Positions 37,537 through 45,754 of a DNA stretch of 64,000 nucleotides are shown one piece after another. The stretch lies in the IMG/VR virus record IMGVR_UViG_3300033402_000312; one strand, written 5' to 3'. The notes under the pieces are model-generated. The model had not been told where the DNA came from. It ran no database searches and saw only the letters and a program-made list of their open reading frames with translations. The position numbers were made by a program, and so were the translations under genes. The stretch's first letter is position 1, and every line of letters starts with the position of its first letter. This stretch comes from a virus.

Positions 37537-37838
37537 GCAACAAAGTTCGGTTTCTAACTGAGTGTCCTGGGTGCGGAGAGATCATCCCCGTGAACGCGCC
37601 CGTATGCAAGTCTTGCGGAGCAGTTCTCGACCGTGAGGAGGCAATCAAACTGGGACTCGTGCAGTCTGAGCAGCCGCCAGCTTCGTGTCTTGACGATGTT
37701 TTGTTGACTCCTGCGACGCATGTGGCGTACGTAGCGTCGCGTGAGGAAGTGTTGGCGTCGCGTGAGGAAGTGTTGGCATTGCTGCGGAATATCGTAGACA
37801 GGCTAACCGCTATTGAGGATTTGATGAGGAGCAAATGA
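37533..37838 (+). CDS. zinc-ribbon protein with 21-nt internal tandem duplication
   Basis: CPGCG...CKSCG; repeat ASREEVLASREEVLA. Confidence 0.4.
   Translation: MSNKVRFLTECPGCGEIIPVNAPVCKSCGAVLDREEAIKLGLVQSEQPPASCLDDVLLTPATHVAYVASREEVLASREEVLALLRNIVDRLTAIEDLMRSK
37734..37775 (+). repeat. perfect 21-nt tandem duplication gcgtcgcgtgaggaagtgttg inside CDS
   Basis: seen directly. Confidence 0.8.
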
Positions 37839-38209
37839 AGATTTGCGACTCCCACTGGCAGCAGCTTCGGCAAGCGATAGACGAGCGGGGCCTCATGGGG
37901 TTCGTCGCCAAAGACGGCGACCATGCAGCCCAGAACATGGTCGCTCAGCTTCAAGGCACGGACACAAAGGAGAATTTTGATCCGCTGATGTCGGCGACCT
38001 TTGCGATCTGGGGCAATTCCATAGAGATGTGGGGGCTGGAGATCGTCCAGCCGGACGCGCCCTGTCCGCTGTGCCTCCTGGACGACCACGCAGCGACCTG
38101 CACGGAAGCAAGCTGCGCACGGAATACCGGAACCGACTGGATCAAATTTGCGGCTGACGGTCAGGTCGAGGCGGCAACGAGACTAGGCTTGCTGAGCAAG
38201 CCAAATTGA
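37835..38209 (+). CDS. hypothetical protein
   Basis: ATGA overlap. Confidence 0.4.
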   Translation: MKICDSHWQQLRQAIDERGLMGFVAKDGDHAAQNMVAQLQGTDTKENFDPLMSATFAIWGNSIEMWGLEIVQPDAPCPLCLLDDHAATCTEASCARNTGTDWIKFAADGQVEAATRLGLLSKPN

Positions 38210-38223
38210 ATGAAAGGAAAAAT

Positions 38224-38871
38224 ATGAGAATTTCATCGGTCGTGCTTTCAGTTGTCTTGGCTCTGTCGGGCTGTTCCGTCTATCAGCCAAAAGCGCCGGT
38301 CCCAGAGTCTGTCCTTACGAACAACTACCTGGCTGACCTGGAGTCGCCCACGCTCCAGAGTTCCTATGACGCCATGCCGGACGGTCCGCTCAAGGCGGCG
38401 AGGCGCAACGCCATCCTGTATGAGTACATCTGGCTGGTGGATGCATCCTACGACTCTTACGAGGCGAAGTTTTTCTCCGGGCAGGCATACGTCGCCACGG
38501 CAGTCGATTTTTCGACGATGGGGCTGAATGCTGCTTCGGCGGTCACGGGCACAGCCGCGCTGAAATCGGTCCTCTCCGTGATCGCTGGCGGCATAACCGG
38601 GTCGAACGCATCCTACCAGAAGAACTTTTTCGACCAGCAGACCCGCGAGGTCGTCGTGGGGGTGATGCGCTCGGCAAGGCTGACCCAGCTTGCCGTGATA
38701 GAGACGGGCATGGCCTCGAACAGCGACGCCTATACGCTTCAGCAGGGGCTGCTCGACGTCTCGGAATACTACCGGGCGGGCACTGTCATAGGGGCGCTTG
38801 AGACGATCAGCAACTCCTCCAGCGCGGCGTCGGCAACCGCGAGGCAGGCGATCAAGAACCTCAGGCACTAG
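38224..38871 (+). CDS. putative lipoprotein
   Basis: MRISSVVLSVVLALSGC signal peptide with lipobox. Confidence 0.5.
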   Translation: MRISSVVLSVVLALSGCSVYQPKAPVPESVLTNNYLADLESPTLQSSYDAMPDGPLKAARRNAILYEYIWLVDASYDSYEAKFFSGQAYVATAVDFSTMGLNAASAVTGTAALKSVLSVIAGGITGSNASYQKNFFDQQTREVVVGVMRSARLTQLAVIETGMASNSDAYTLQQGLLDVSEYYRAGTVIGALETISNSSSAASATARQAIKNLRH

Positions 38872-39477
38872 CCGGTGGGCCACGGAACCGACAACGCGGA
38901 AGCCAGGAGGCAAGTCCGCAACGAGACCATCGACGAACTTTGCGATTGGCTCGCCTCCTGCATTGAAAGCGTAGACCACGACACCGAGGTCTACAGGGCG
39001 TGCAGCGCCATGGTCGCCGCCATGCGGGGAAAGAAATCCTGAAGAACAGACTGAAGGGCAACCATGACCAACACACGATATTGGATGGCGTCCCTAAAGC
39101 TGGCGCAAAGCATTCGAGGACACGGCGGCTCCTGCTGGAATACCGGAGGACCGGCAGTCTGCGGTGAATGCTGGCGTAACGGGGATCGAGTCCAGCAGCT
39201 AGTCCTTCGTGCATATCGGGCGGGCTTGAAGGATGCCAAATCAAGCCATGAAAAAATTCCTGTGCATCATCGGGGTTCATAGCCCCAAAATCGTCCGCAA
39301 GGTCTTTTGGGGAAACGTGCATCGGGCTGAACTGCGGTGCACCTGCGGCAAGCGGTACGAAGGGTTCGTGGCAGGTCCCATTGGGCGCGTGTACCCGGCT
39401 GAAAACCCGTCAGATTTCTGGACTGCATATGACGCGGGGGCACTAAACCCACAAAGGATAATTTCCAAAAATAGCCC

Positions 39478-39512
39478 TTGACAAGGTTTGAATTTTGCGG
39501 TACTCTCCCGGA
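39478..39512 (+). promoter_or_regulatory. sigma70-like promoter TTGACA-N17-TACTCT
   Basis: ttgaca 39478, tactct 17 nt downstream. Confidence 0.4.
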
Positions 39513-39594
39513 GACCGCTATCTCTTGGTTAAACGCGGCTGGGCATCCCGCATAGTCCACCGAGGCGAGTCAAGGCGGGGTGCTAAAACAGTTC

Positions 39595-39623
39595 TTGACA
39601 GTTTTTCGAATTCTCAGTACTAT
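39595..39623 (+). promoter_or_regulatory. sigma70-like promoter TTGACA-N17-TACTAT
   Basis: ttgaca 39595-39600, tactat 39618-39623; same -10 as promoter at 19868. Confidence 0.55.
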
Positions 39624-39624
39624 T

Positions 39625-39809
39625 ACAGGCAGGCTAGGAACATGATTTCAAGGAAACCCAATACGATTGCCCGAAAGGGCGCGAGCCAGTGGCGGAATAA
39701 CCGCCATTTCGGCGTGGGTCTTTCCTCGGATGGGTGGGACGGCTAAAAAAACCCCAACCCAACCAAGCTGAACGGACCCGCCGACCGAAAGAGGTTGAGC
39801 GGGTTTTTT
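39625..39809 (+). ncRNA. candidate ~180-nt small RNA / leader ending at intrinsic terminator, upstream of tRNA-Trp
   Basis: promoter-to-terminator unit without convincing ORF. Confidence 0.3.
39777..39809 (+). terminator. putative rho-independent terminator
   Basis: cccgc...gcggg stem followed by tttttt. Confidence 0.45.
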
Positions 39810-39814
39810 GCTTT

Positions 39815-39890
39815 AGGGGATTGGTCTAGCGGCTACGATGCGCGTCTCCAAAACGCTGCGACGGGGGTTCGAGTCCCTCATCCCCTGCCA
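39815..39890 (+). tRNA. tRNA-Trp(CCA), CCA encoded
   Basis: acceptor aggggat/atcccct, loop ctCCAaa, T-arm gggggttcgagtccctc. Confidence 0.7.
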
Positions 39891-39912
39891 AGTTTTTGAA
39901 GGGAAGGAAGTT

Positions 39913-40543
39913 ATGGAACTGAGGTCAGGGGCTTCTCAAGCGCGAGGTACCCGCATCCTGCGGGGGGAGACGGCTGCCCGGAGGCGTCTTCATCTCGTCT
40001 AGCCTTGCGCAGAGGGCGACGGAAGCCGGGTACGAGGAGTTCGTCCTTCCGTCGCTTGAGCTTGCCGCCATGTACGCGGAGAAGGCGGGGGATGAGGTTC
40101 TGGGGCAGATGTACACGTTCCCGGACAAGAAGGGCAGGCTGCTGTGCCTGCGACCGGAGGGGACGGCGACGTGCCAGGTGCTCGCCGACACGGCGCTGAA
40201 GTCGGAGCGGGACGTGAGGCTCTGGTACCTGGCGACCTGCTGGCGCTACGAGCGGCCGCAAGCCGGGCGCTACCGGGAGTTCTTGCAGTTCGGCGTGGAG
40301 GTCCTGAACCCGCGCCGGGGCGTGCGGGACGAGCTTGTGGCGCTGGCCGAAGGCATGGTCGGAATGTTCACCGACCGCTATGAGGTGAGCAGGGCTGTGA
40401 AGCGCGGGCTGGCGTACTACGTCGAGGACGGCTTCGAGATAAGCTGCCCGCAGCTTGGCGCTCAGAAGCAGGTCTGCGGCGGCGGGTCGTACAAGCAGGG
40501 ATGCGGCTTCGCGCTCGGCGTGGATCGGCTGATGCTGGTTTGA
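39913..40543 (+). pseudogene. hisS-like (histidyl-tRNA synthetase class II core) remnant, frameshifted and internally shortened
   Basis: N-term fragment MELRS..RGTRILRGETAA stops at 40002; second frame carries motif 1 LRPEGTA, motif 2 CWRYERPQAGRYREFLQFGVE, motif 3 CGGGSYKQGCGFALGVDRL; insertion and anticodon-binding domains absent. Confidence 0.45.
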
Positions 40544-40570
40544 GTTTCATGCCGTAGTGCATGACACTAC

Positions 40571-40644
40571 GGTGGGCGTAGTTCAGTTGGGAGAACGCCC
40601 GGCTGTGAACCGGGAGGTCGCGGGTTCGAACCCCGCCGCTCACC
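40571..40644 (+). tRNA. tRNA-His(GUG) with genomically encoded G-1, no encoded CCA
   Basis: G-1 pairs with discriminator C73; acceptor gtgggcg/cgctcac; loop ctGTGaa; T-arm gcggg-ttcgaac-cccgc. Confidence 0.75.
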
Positions 40645-40689
40645 CTTTCGTGACTTCCTGAGTATTAAGTAGAGTGCTCAGGAAGGTTC

Positions 40690-41517
40690 ATGATGCTTTA
40701 CACCGTGTACAAGACGGTGAATTTGACGAACGGCAAGTACTACTTCGGCGTCCATAAAACGGACGACCCGGATGACGACTACCTCGGTTCTGGGGTATAC
40801 ATCAAGCGAGCCGTTGCAAAGTACGGGGAACAGAACTTCCGCAAGGAAGTGTTGTTCATTTATCTTGATGCGGAGTCGGCGTTTAAGAAAGAAGACGAGT
40901 TAATCCAGTGTTATCGAGGCAGGGACCCGTTGTGCATGAATCTAAAGAATGGAGGGAGAGGTGGCTATGACTGGATCAATAAAAACGGGTTAAATGGTGC
41001 GAAAGTTGCGCATCTCCCAAATGTAGAGCAACAGCGGCGACGGACATTCGGTAAAAGACTTAAGACCGACGAAAATTTTCGACGTCAAGTTGCCGAACGA
41101 GCAAAGCACGCGGCGCAATTTGTAAAAAATGAGAGCCGCTTGGAATCATTAAAGCAGGCGACAATCGCAGCAGCGAACGCAAATACGGGCAGAAAACGCT
41201 CCTCGGAATTCAAGCATAAGATTTCTGCCGCGCAGCGAGGGGGTAGGTGGGTACACCAAGGAAGAAATAAACGTCGAGTTGTCCAAGAAGATTTGCCAAG
41301 ATTTTTGAAAGAGGGCTGGCTGTTTGGACAAAAAGACAAGCCGTCGCTTAAGACCCGAAAATTAAGTAAAGCTCAAACAGCTTTCGCGGGGACACGTTGG
41401 TGCTGGGGGCATAAAGATTTTTTACCTCTTAACGCTTTTGATGGCGCAAATCGGTTGTGTAGGCTTTGCAGGAAAAAGCGGCGAGTTTTACGCCGCCAAG
41501 AGTTGGGACATTGGTAA
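40690..41517 (+). CDS. GIY-YIG homing endonuclease
   Basis: N-term YTVYKTVNLTNGKYYFGVHKT...YLGSG GIY-YIG motif; lower GC than flanks; sits between tRNA genes. Confidence 0.7.
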   Translation: MMLYTVYKTVNLTNGKYYFGVHKTDDPDDDYLGSGVYIKRAVAKYGEQNFRKEVLFIYLDAESAFKKEDELIQCYRGRDPLCMNLKNGGRGGYDWINKNGLNGAKVAHLPNVEQQRRRTFGKRLKTDENFRRQVAERAKHAAQFVKNESRLESLKQATIAAANANTGRKRSSEFKHKISAAQRGGRWVHQGRNKRRVVQEDLPRFLKEGWLFGQKDKPSLKTRKLSKAQTAFAGTRWCWGHKDFLPLNAFDGANRLCRLCRKKRRVLRRQELGHW

Positions 41518-41527
41518 TTTGATATAG

Positions 41528-41604
41528 GCGCGTGTAGCTCAGTTGGACAGAGCGCTACTCTGCGAAGGTAGAGGTCGCTGGTTCGAATCCAGTCACGCGC
41601 ACCA
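41528..41604 (+). tRNA. tRNA-Arg(GCG), CCA encoded
   Basis: acceptor gcgcgtg/cacgcgc, D-arm gctcagttggacagagc, loop ctGCGaa. Confidence 0.65.
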
Positions 41605-41611
41605 AGAGATT

Positions 41612-41689
41612 GCGCCTGTAGCTCAGTTGGACTAGAGCGTTCGCCTCCGAAGCGAAAGGCCGCGAGTTCGAGTCTCGCCAGGCGCACCA
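41612..41689 (+). tRNA. tRNA-Arg(CCG), CCA encoded
   Basis: acceptor gcgcctg/caggcgc, anticodon stem ttcgc/gcgaa loop ctCCGaa. Confidence 0.7.
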
Positions 41690-41859
41690 AGTTCGAGAGC
41701 AGTCCCGGCGCTGGCCGTGCGCAGCACGGATCAACGCCGCCGATGATTGGGGTCTGGTGCCCGAACCATCTGTGATACTCAACCGGACTAGGCGCGTTGC
41801 CGCTGGCCCAAAGTGGACGTCCACGGAAGGAGTCACGTGAGAGAGGGCTGCCTGAGTTT

Positions 41860-41937
41860 GCCGGGTTAGCTATTGGACATGGCAGCACGTCTTCGAAACG
41901 TGCAATTTAGCGGGTCCGAATCCCGCACCCGGTTCCA
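41860..41937 (+). tRNA. tRNA-Arg(UCG), CCA encoded (6-bp anticodon stem)
   Basis: acceptor gccgggt/acccggt, anticodon stem gcacgt/acgtgc loop ctTCGaa, T-arm gcgggtccgaatcccgc. Confidence 0.55.
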
Positions 41938-41943
41938 AGATTT

Positions 41944-42020
41944 GCCCCCGTAGCTCAGCGGAACAGAGCGGCACGCTACGAACGTGAAGGTCGGCGGTTC
42001 AAATCCGTCCGGGGGCACCA
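41944..42020 (+). tRNA. tRNA-Arg(ACG), CCA encoded
   Basis: acceptor gcccccg/cgggggc, loop ctACGaa. Confidence 0.7.
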
Positions 42021-42179
42021 AGGTTAGTACGAACATCAAGCCTGATTAAAGACGGTTGCTTTGAACGAGTAAAAAAGGAAGTAGTAAAGTGTGATGTGCG
42101 ATGTGCTAACTGTCACAGACGCCGCACTGCAAAGCAACAAAAACATTTTTGGCTAGAATTTTTAGCAACGAAAGTTTGA

Positions 42180-42255
42180 TGGGGTGTGGTCCAATCGGTA
42201 GGACGCTCGGCTGTTAACCGAGACGGTGTGGGTTCGAATCCCACTGCCCCAGCCA
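42180..42255 (+). tRNA. tRNA-Asn(GUU), CCA encoded
   Basis: acceptor tggggtg/tgcccca (U1), D-stem gtcc/ggac, anticodon stem ctcgg/ccgag loop ctGTTaa. Confidence 0.65.
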
Positions 42256-42362
42256 GCTTATGAAGTGGATTGCCCAAGCCCTGCTGAAGCGGATCGGCGC
42301 GTATCTGAATAACAAGCGCGGATTGACTTGGGCCGAGGCGAAGAGGTGGTATATCGTCATCA

Positions 42363-42381
42363 CCCCCCTTGCGGGGGTTTT
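42363..42381 (+). terminator. putative intrinsic terminator
   Basis: cccccc-ttgc-ggggg followed by tttt. Confidence 0.45.
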
Positions 42382-42422
42382 GAGGAAGGGAGCAAAGGCG
42401 TAAATTTGCAGAAGAGTTCTGA

Positions 42423-42497
42423 TCCTCGGTAGCTCAATGGCGGAGCAGGCGGCTGTTAACCGCAAGGTTGCAGGTTCAAGTCCTGCCCGAGGAGCCA
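42423..42497 (+). tRNA. tRNA-Asn(GUU), CCA encoded
   Basis: acceptor tcctcgg/ccgagga (E. coli-like U1), loop ctGTTaa. Confidence 0.7.
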
Positions 42498-42502
42498 AGT
42501 TT

Positions 42503-42577
42503 GGGTCTGTAATTCAGCGGCTAGAAGCCCTCGCTCTTAACGAGGTAACGAGAGTTCGAGTCTCTCCAGACCCACCA
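42503..42577 (+). tRNA. tRNA-Lys(CUU), CCA encoded
   Basis: acceptor gggtctg/cagaccc, anticodon stem cctcg/cgagg loop ctCTTaa. Confidence 0.7.
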
Positions 42578-42594
42578 AGTTTTTGTGATACCAT

Positions 42595-42671
42595 GGGCCG
42601 CTAGCTCAATTGGTTAGAGCAACTGCCTCTTAAGCAGAAGGTTCCCGGTTCGAGTCCGGGGCGGCTCACCA
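42595..42671 (+). tRNA. tRNA-Lys(CUU), CCA encoded
   Basis: acceptor gggccgc/gcggctc, D-arm gctcaattggttagagc, loop ctCTTaa. Confidence 0.7.
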
Positions 42672-42686
42672 AGATCGGAGAGGAAG

Positions 42687-42857
42687 ATGCTGAAGCCCAA
42701 CGGTGATTTTGATTTAGACGGAAAGCCGGTCATGCCCGATGTGGTTGTCGCCGGACTCATCCCCAACGAGGAGGGGCAAAACGATGTCGAGGTCGAACCT
42801 GCCGGGGTCGAACCCGACGATGACGACCTCTTCGTGGACTACGGCGGCGAGGGATGA
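42687..42857 (+). CDS. hypothetical small acidic protein (56 aa)
   Basis: GGAGAGGAAG RBS then ATG 42687; not in ORF track (below 60 aa). Confidence 0.35.
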   Translation: MLKPNGDFDLDGKPVMPDVVVAGLIPNEEGQNDVEVEPAGVEPDDDDLFVDYGGEG

Positions 42858-42901
42858 CAAGTTTTTGGGTATTAGGATTCTTAGGATAGGAGGTCGAAGA
42901 C

Positions 42902-43447
42902 GTGCCTGACGTACTGATTCTCGACATGAACTACCGCCCTGTCGGTTTCGCATCGTGGCAGGACGCGGTCAAGAACATCTGGAAGGACCGGGCTGTCGTC
43001 ATCAAGGAAGACGAGGACGGCAAGATGCTCCATTCCCCGTCCTTCGAGATGGGCATGCCGAGGGTGATCCGCGTCCGCAACGCGTGGGTGAAGCGGCGCA
43101 AGACCTCCGTCCCGTTCTCGCGGCGCAACCTTTACGTCCGCGACAGCGGCGAGTGCCAGTACTGCGGCAGGCACCTCAAGCTGGACGAGTACACGCTCGA
43201 CCACGTGGTGCCGCGCTCGCAGGGCGGTATCTCGTCCTGGGCGAACATGGTCCTGTCCTGCATGCGCTGCAACAAGCGCAAGGCGGGTCAGACGCCGGAG
43301 CAGGCAGGGATGCCTCTCTTGCAGAGGCCAATCGTCCCGAAGGTGGACGATCCGAAATATAATTTCAAATTGCACATTCGGAAGCTCCGCCCCGAGTGGA
43401 AGGAATGGGAGAACTTCCTGTACTGGAACATCGAGTTGGATAAATAG
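42902..43447 (+). CDS. HNH endonuclease
   Basis: CQYCGRHL...LDHVVPRSQGG...SCMRCNKRK. Confidence 0.75.
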   Translation: MPDVLILDMNYRPVGFASWQDAVKNIWKDRAVVIKEDEDGKMLHSPSFEMGMPRVIRVRNAWVKRRKTSVPFSRRNLYVRDSGECQYCGRHLKLDEYTLDHVVPRSQGGISSWANMVLSCMRCNKRKAGQTPEQAGMPLLQRPIVPKVDDPKYNFKLHIRKLRPEWKEWENFLYWNIELDK

Positions 43448-43494
43448 GTAGACAAGCCTCGGGGAGGACGATAACCTCCCCGAGCAAAGATTGC

Positions 43495-43572
43495 GGCCCC
43501 GTAGCTCAGCGGAACAAGAGTAGCGGTTTCCTAAACCGAAGGTCGTGCGTTCGAATCGCACCGGGGCTACCA
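43495..43572 (+). tRNA. tRNA-Arg(CCU), CCA encoded
   Basis: acceptor ggccccg/cggggct, loop ttCCTaa, T-arm gtgcg-ttcgaat-cgcac. Confidence 0.65.
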
Positions 43573-43577
43573 AAATT

Positions 43578-43775
43578 ATGATGTCAGCCGACATTTTCGT
43601 CTGGAAGTGCATCGTCTGCGGGCATAGGGTCATGACGCAGATGGACCTCCATGTCAACGACCGGCCGATCTGCGTGGAGTGCAATGCGGAGATGGAGCCA
43701 GTGAGGAAAGACCCCGAACTCGGGGAGCGCATCATGAGGATATGGGAGCGGCTGGTTCCCGGCGCACAGATTTGA
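43578..43775 (+). CDS. hypothetical zinc-ribbon protein
   Basis: CIVCGH...CVECN. Confidence 0.35.
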   Translation: MMSADIFVWKCIVCGHRVMTQMDLHVNDRPICVECNAEMEPVRKDPELGERIMRIWERLVPGAQI

Positions 43776-43779
43776 CTTT

Positions 43780-43854
43780 TGGGAGATCGTACAATCGGTA
43801 GTACACAGGTCTCTGGAACCTGTTATGGCGGTCCGAGTCCACCTCTCCCAGCCA
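43780..43854 (+). tRNA. tRNA-Gln(CUG), CCA encoded
   Basis: acceptor tgggaga/tctccca (U1-A72, disc G as in E. coli Gln), anticodon stem caggt/acctg loop ctCTGga. Confidence 0.65.
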
Positions 43855-43899
43855 AGCTTTCGGAACAGCCATGTGACTCTGGTGTTGAGCGGCGACAGC

Positions 43900-44079
43900 A
43901 TGAGCGGGTGCAAGAAGCACGGTCCCGGCGTTTGGCGCAGCGACTGCGAAGAGTGCCGCACGGCCCCGGTGCCGCAGCACGAAACCGATGTGATCCTGAC
44001 ACCGTCCTACTGCAACGGCTGCAAGTATGGCAGCCATTGCTTGGGCGCTGACCCGGACTGCGCATGCGGCTGCGAATAA
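43900..44079 (+). CDS. hypothetical Cys-rich protein
   Basis: MSGCKKHGPG...CEEC...CNGCKYGSHC...CACGC; start approximate. Confidence 0.3.
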   Translation: MSGCKKHGPGVWRSDCEECRTAPVPQHETDVILTPSYCNGCKYGSHCLGADPDCACGCE

Positions 44080-44109
44080 AGCTAGACAACGCCACGAAGT
44101 TGCGGTAGA

Positions 44110-44292
44110 ATGGGAGAGATGAACTCTCCGCTGAAGACGATCCTGAAGGTCACGGCTGCGGCGCTTGTACCGGGCATAGCGATCTACTTGCTGGCGAGCA
44201 TGATCCTGAGGGAGAACGAGAAGAAGGAATTCAAGAGGTATATCTACAACACCTACGGAGAGGGCAGCAAGTATGTTGACACCTACTATTGA
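44110..44292 (+). CDS. hypothetical small membrane protein
   Basis: single TM helix. Confidence 0.35.
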   Translation: MGEMNSPLKTILKVTAAALVPGIAIYLLASMILRENEKKEFKRYIYNTYGEGSKYVDTYY

Positions 44293-44389
44293 TTACAGCG
44301 CTCTTGCGACGATGGCGCTCGGCGTCTGCGCCCTCTGCCTCTGCCTTGCCTACCCTGCGCCACGAAGAAAACGCTGACCACATCCCTGC

Positions 44390-44465
44390 GGGCCGTTACG
44401 TCAACGGCTAGACTACTCGCCTTTTAAGCGATGGAATCTCGGTCCAAATCCGAGGCGGCCCACCA
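44390..44465 (+). tRNA. tRNA-Lys(UUU), CCA encoded
   Basis: acceptor gggccgt/gcggccc, loop ctTTTaa, T-arm ctcgg-tccaaat-ccgag. Confidence 0.65.
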
Positions 44466-44470
44466 AATTT

Positions 44471-44547
44471 GCCCCCGTCGTCCAACGGAATAAGGACACT
44501 GGCCTTCTAAGCCATGGATGCGGGTTCGATTCCTGCCGGGGGTACCA
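44471..44547 (+). tRNA. tRNA-Arg(UCU), CCA encoded
   Basis: acceptor gcccccg/cgggggt, D-stem gtcc/ggac, loop ctTCTaa. Confidence 0.65.
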
Positions 44548-44553
44548 ATTTTT

Positions 44554-44629
44554 GGGAGGTTAACTCAATCGGTAGAGTGCCCGGCCTTTAACCGGAACGT
44601 TGTGGGTTCGACTCCCATGCCTCCCACCA
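44554..44629 (+). tRNA. tRNA-Lys(UUU)-like with C33
   Basis: acceptor gggaggt/gcctccc, D-arm actcaatcggtagagt, anticodon loop ccTTTaa (C33), T-arm gtgggttcgactcccat. Confidence 0.5.
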
Positions 44630-44648
44630 AATTCCAATAGTTCGATAA

Positions 44649-44680
44649 CTAGAGTATTTAACACTTATCAGATACTCTAG
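44649..44680 (+). promoter_or_regulatory. 9-bp inverted repeat (ctagagtat...atactctag) immediately upstream of HNH endonuclease start
   Basis: perfect palindrome arms with 14-nt loop; operator-like. Confidence 0.35.
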
Positions 44681-44681
44681 T

Positions 44682-45293
44682 ATGATAAACAAAGAACAAT
44701 TAGAACAAGCGATTTCCGATGGCTTAAGTAGCTACGGCATCGCTCGAAAATTCAATGTTGGTCAAACTGCTGCTCGGTATTGGTTGAAGCGATGGTCTCT
44801 TAAGACCCAACACAAGGCTAAACGCACAGGAAAACCACGACAGTTTAATCCATGTGTTGTTTGTGGGACGCCCACAAAAAACAAGAGGGTATGTGGGTTG
44901 AAGTGCAATGGTATTTTGACAACCGCCACAACACAAAAAAGATGGCAGAAAAGAAATTGCCAAGAACTAGCTAGCTGGAAACAGGGAAAATTTCAGCCGT
45001 CTGAATTTCGTTGCAAAGCAATTTTAGTTTTTGAACGGGGCAAAAAGTGTGAGATTTGCGGCTGGGCGGAGGTAAATCCCTATACGGATCGAATCCCAAT
45101 CGAGCTTGAGCATAAGGATGGGGACTGCTACAACAACAAGTACGAAAACCTGTCGCTTTTATGCCCAAACCATCAAAGCCTGACCGCAACTTACCGGGGA
45201 GCAAATGCCCGTAGGGGACGAGGACGCAAGATGTACAAAGTTGTGAGCCAATGGGCAAAAGAAAAAGGCATCGGCATTACAACCGGGACCTAA
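44682..45293 (+). CDS. HNH homing endonuclease with N-terminal HTH
   Basis: low-GC gene; ELEHKDGDCYNNKYENLSLLCPNHQ HNH motif; CVVCG...CGLKC. Confidence 0.65.
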   Translation: MINKEQLEQAISDGLSSYGIARKFNVGQTAARYWLKRWSLKTQHKAKRTGKPRQFNPCVVCGTPTKNKRVCGLKCNGILTTATTQKRWQKRNCQELASWKQGKFQPSEFRCKAILVFERGKKCEICGWAEVNPYTDRIPIELEHKDGDCYNNKYENLSLLCPNHQSLTATYRGANARRGRGRKMYKVVSQWAKEKGIGITTGT

Positions 45294-45297
45294 ATTG

Positions 45298-45326
45298 TTG
45301 AATAATCTTGGCATGTGGTGTATTAT
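45298..45326 (+). promoter_or_regulatory. sigma70-like promoter TTGAAT-N17-TATTAT
   Basis: ttgaat 45298-45303, tattat 45321-45326. Confidence 0.5.
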
Positions 45327-45423
45327 ATCTATGTCGCTGGCGATTATGCCGGAGGCGTTGAGAAGCAAGCATACGTAGCGACCGTGTGGCTCATGTGAGA
45401 CCGCATACCGCAAAACAAAGGCA

Positions 45424-45684
45424 ATGCGAGGCATCGGAGATTGGATTGGGCAAAGCATGATCCTTACGATCAACAAGGAAGGCAAGTATTTCATGGTGGA
45501 CGATAAGACCCAGCCAGGCCCCCCGGTGGTGGGTCGCGGCCGCTCTTTCCGGGAGGCAATCGGCGACTGGTTTTTCAACCACCAGGCTGATCTTGCGGCC
45601 AGGTTCGGGATCAGGTTCGACGTAGACCCCTCCGCACAGTCAGCGGAGGGTCGGCGGCGTCGGCGGGAGTTGGCGAAGAGATAG
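45424..45684 (+). CDS. hypothetical protein
   Basis: 86-aa ORF. Confidence 0.4.
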   Translation: MRGIGDWIGQSMILTINKEGKYFMVDDKTQPGPPVVGRGRSFREAIGDWFFNHQADLAARFGIRFDVDPSAQSAEGRRRRRELAKR

Positions 45685-45754
45685 CTCTGGCTAAAACAAG
45701 GCTTTCTCTCAGGTGCCCATATTGTGCGAGCCGACCGGCTTGTAAAATAACCCG

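Noticed and set aside
41373-41888. 171-aa minus-strand ORF spanning the Arg tRNAs and the 170-nt spacer
   Set aside because: It overlaps three tRNA genes on the opposite strand in a plus-strand-only region; spurious.
42260-42403. 47-codon ORF between tRNA-Asn copies
   Set aside because: It contains a hairpin plus T-tract (42363-42381) that looks like a terminator, and it lacks an RBS; more likely non-coding.
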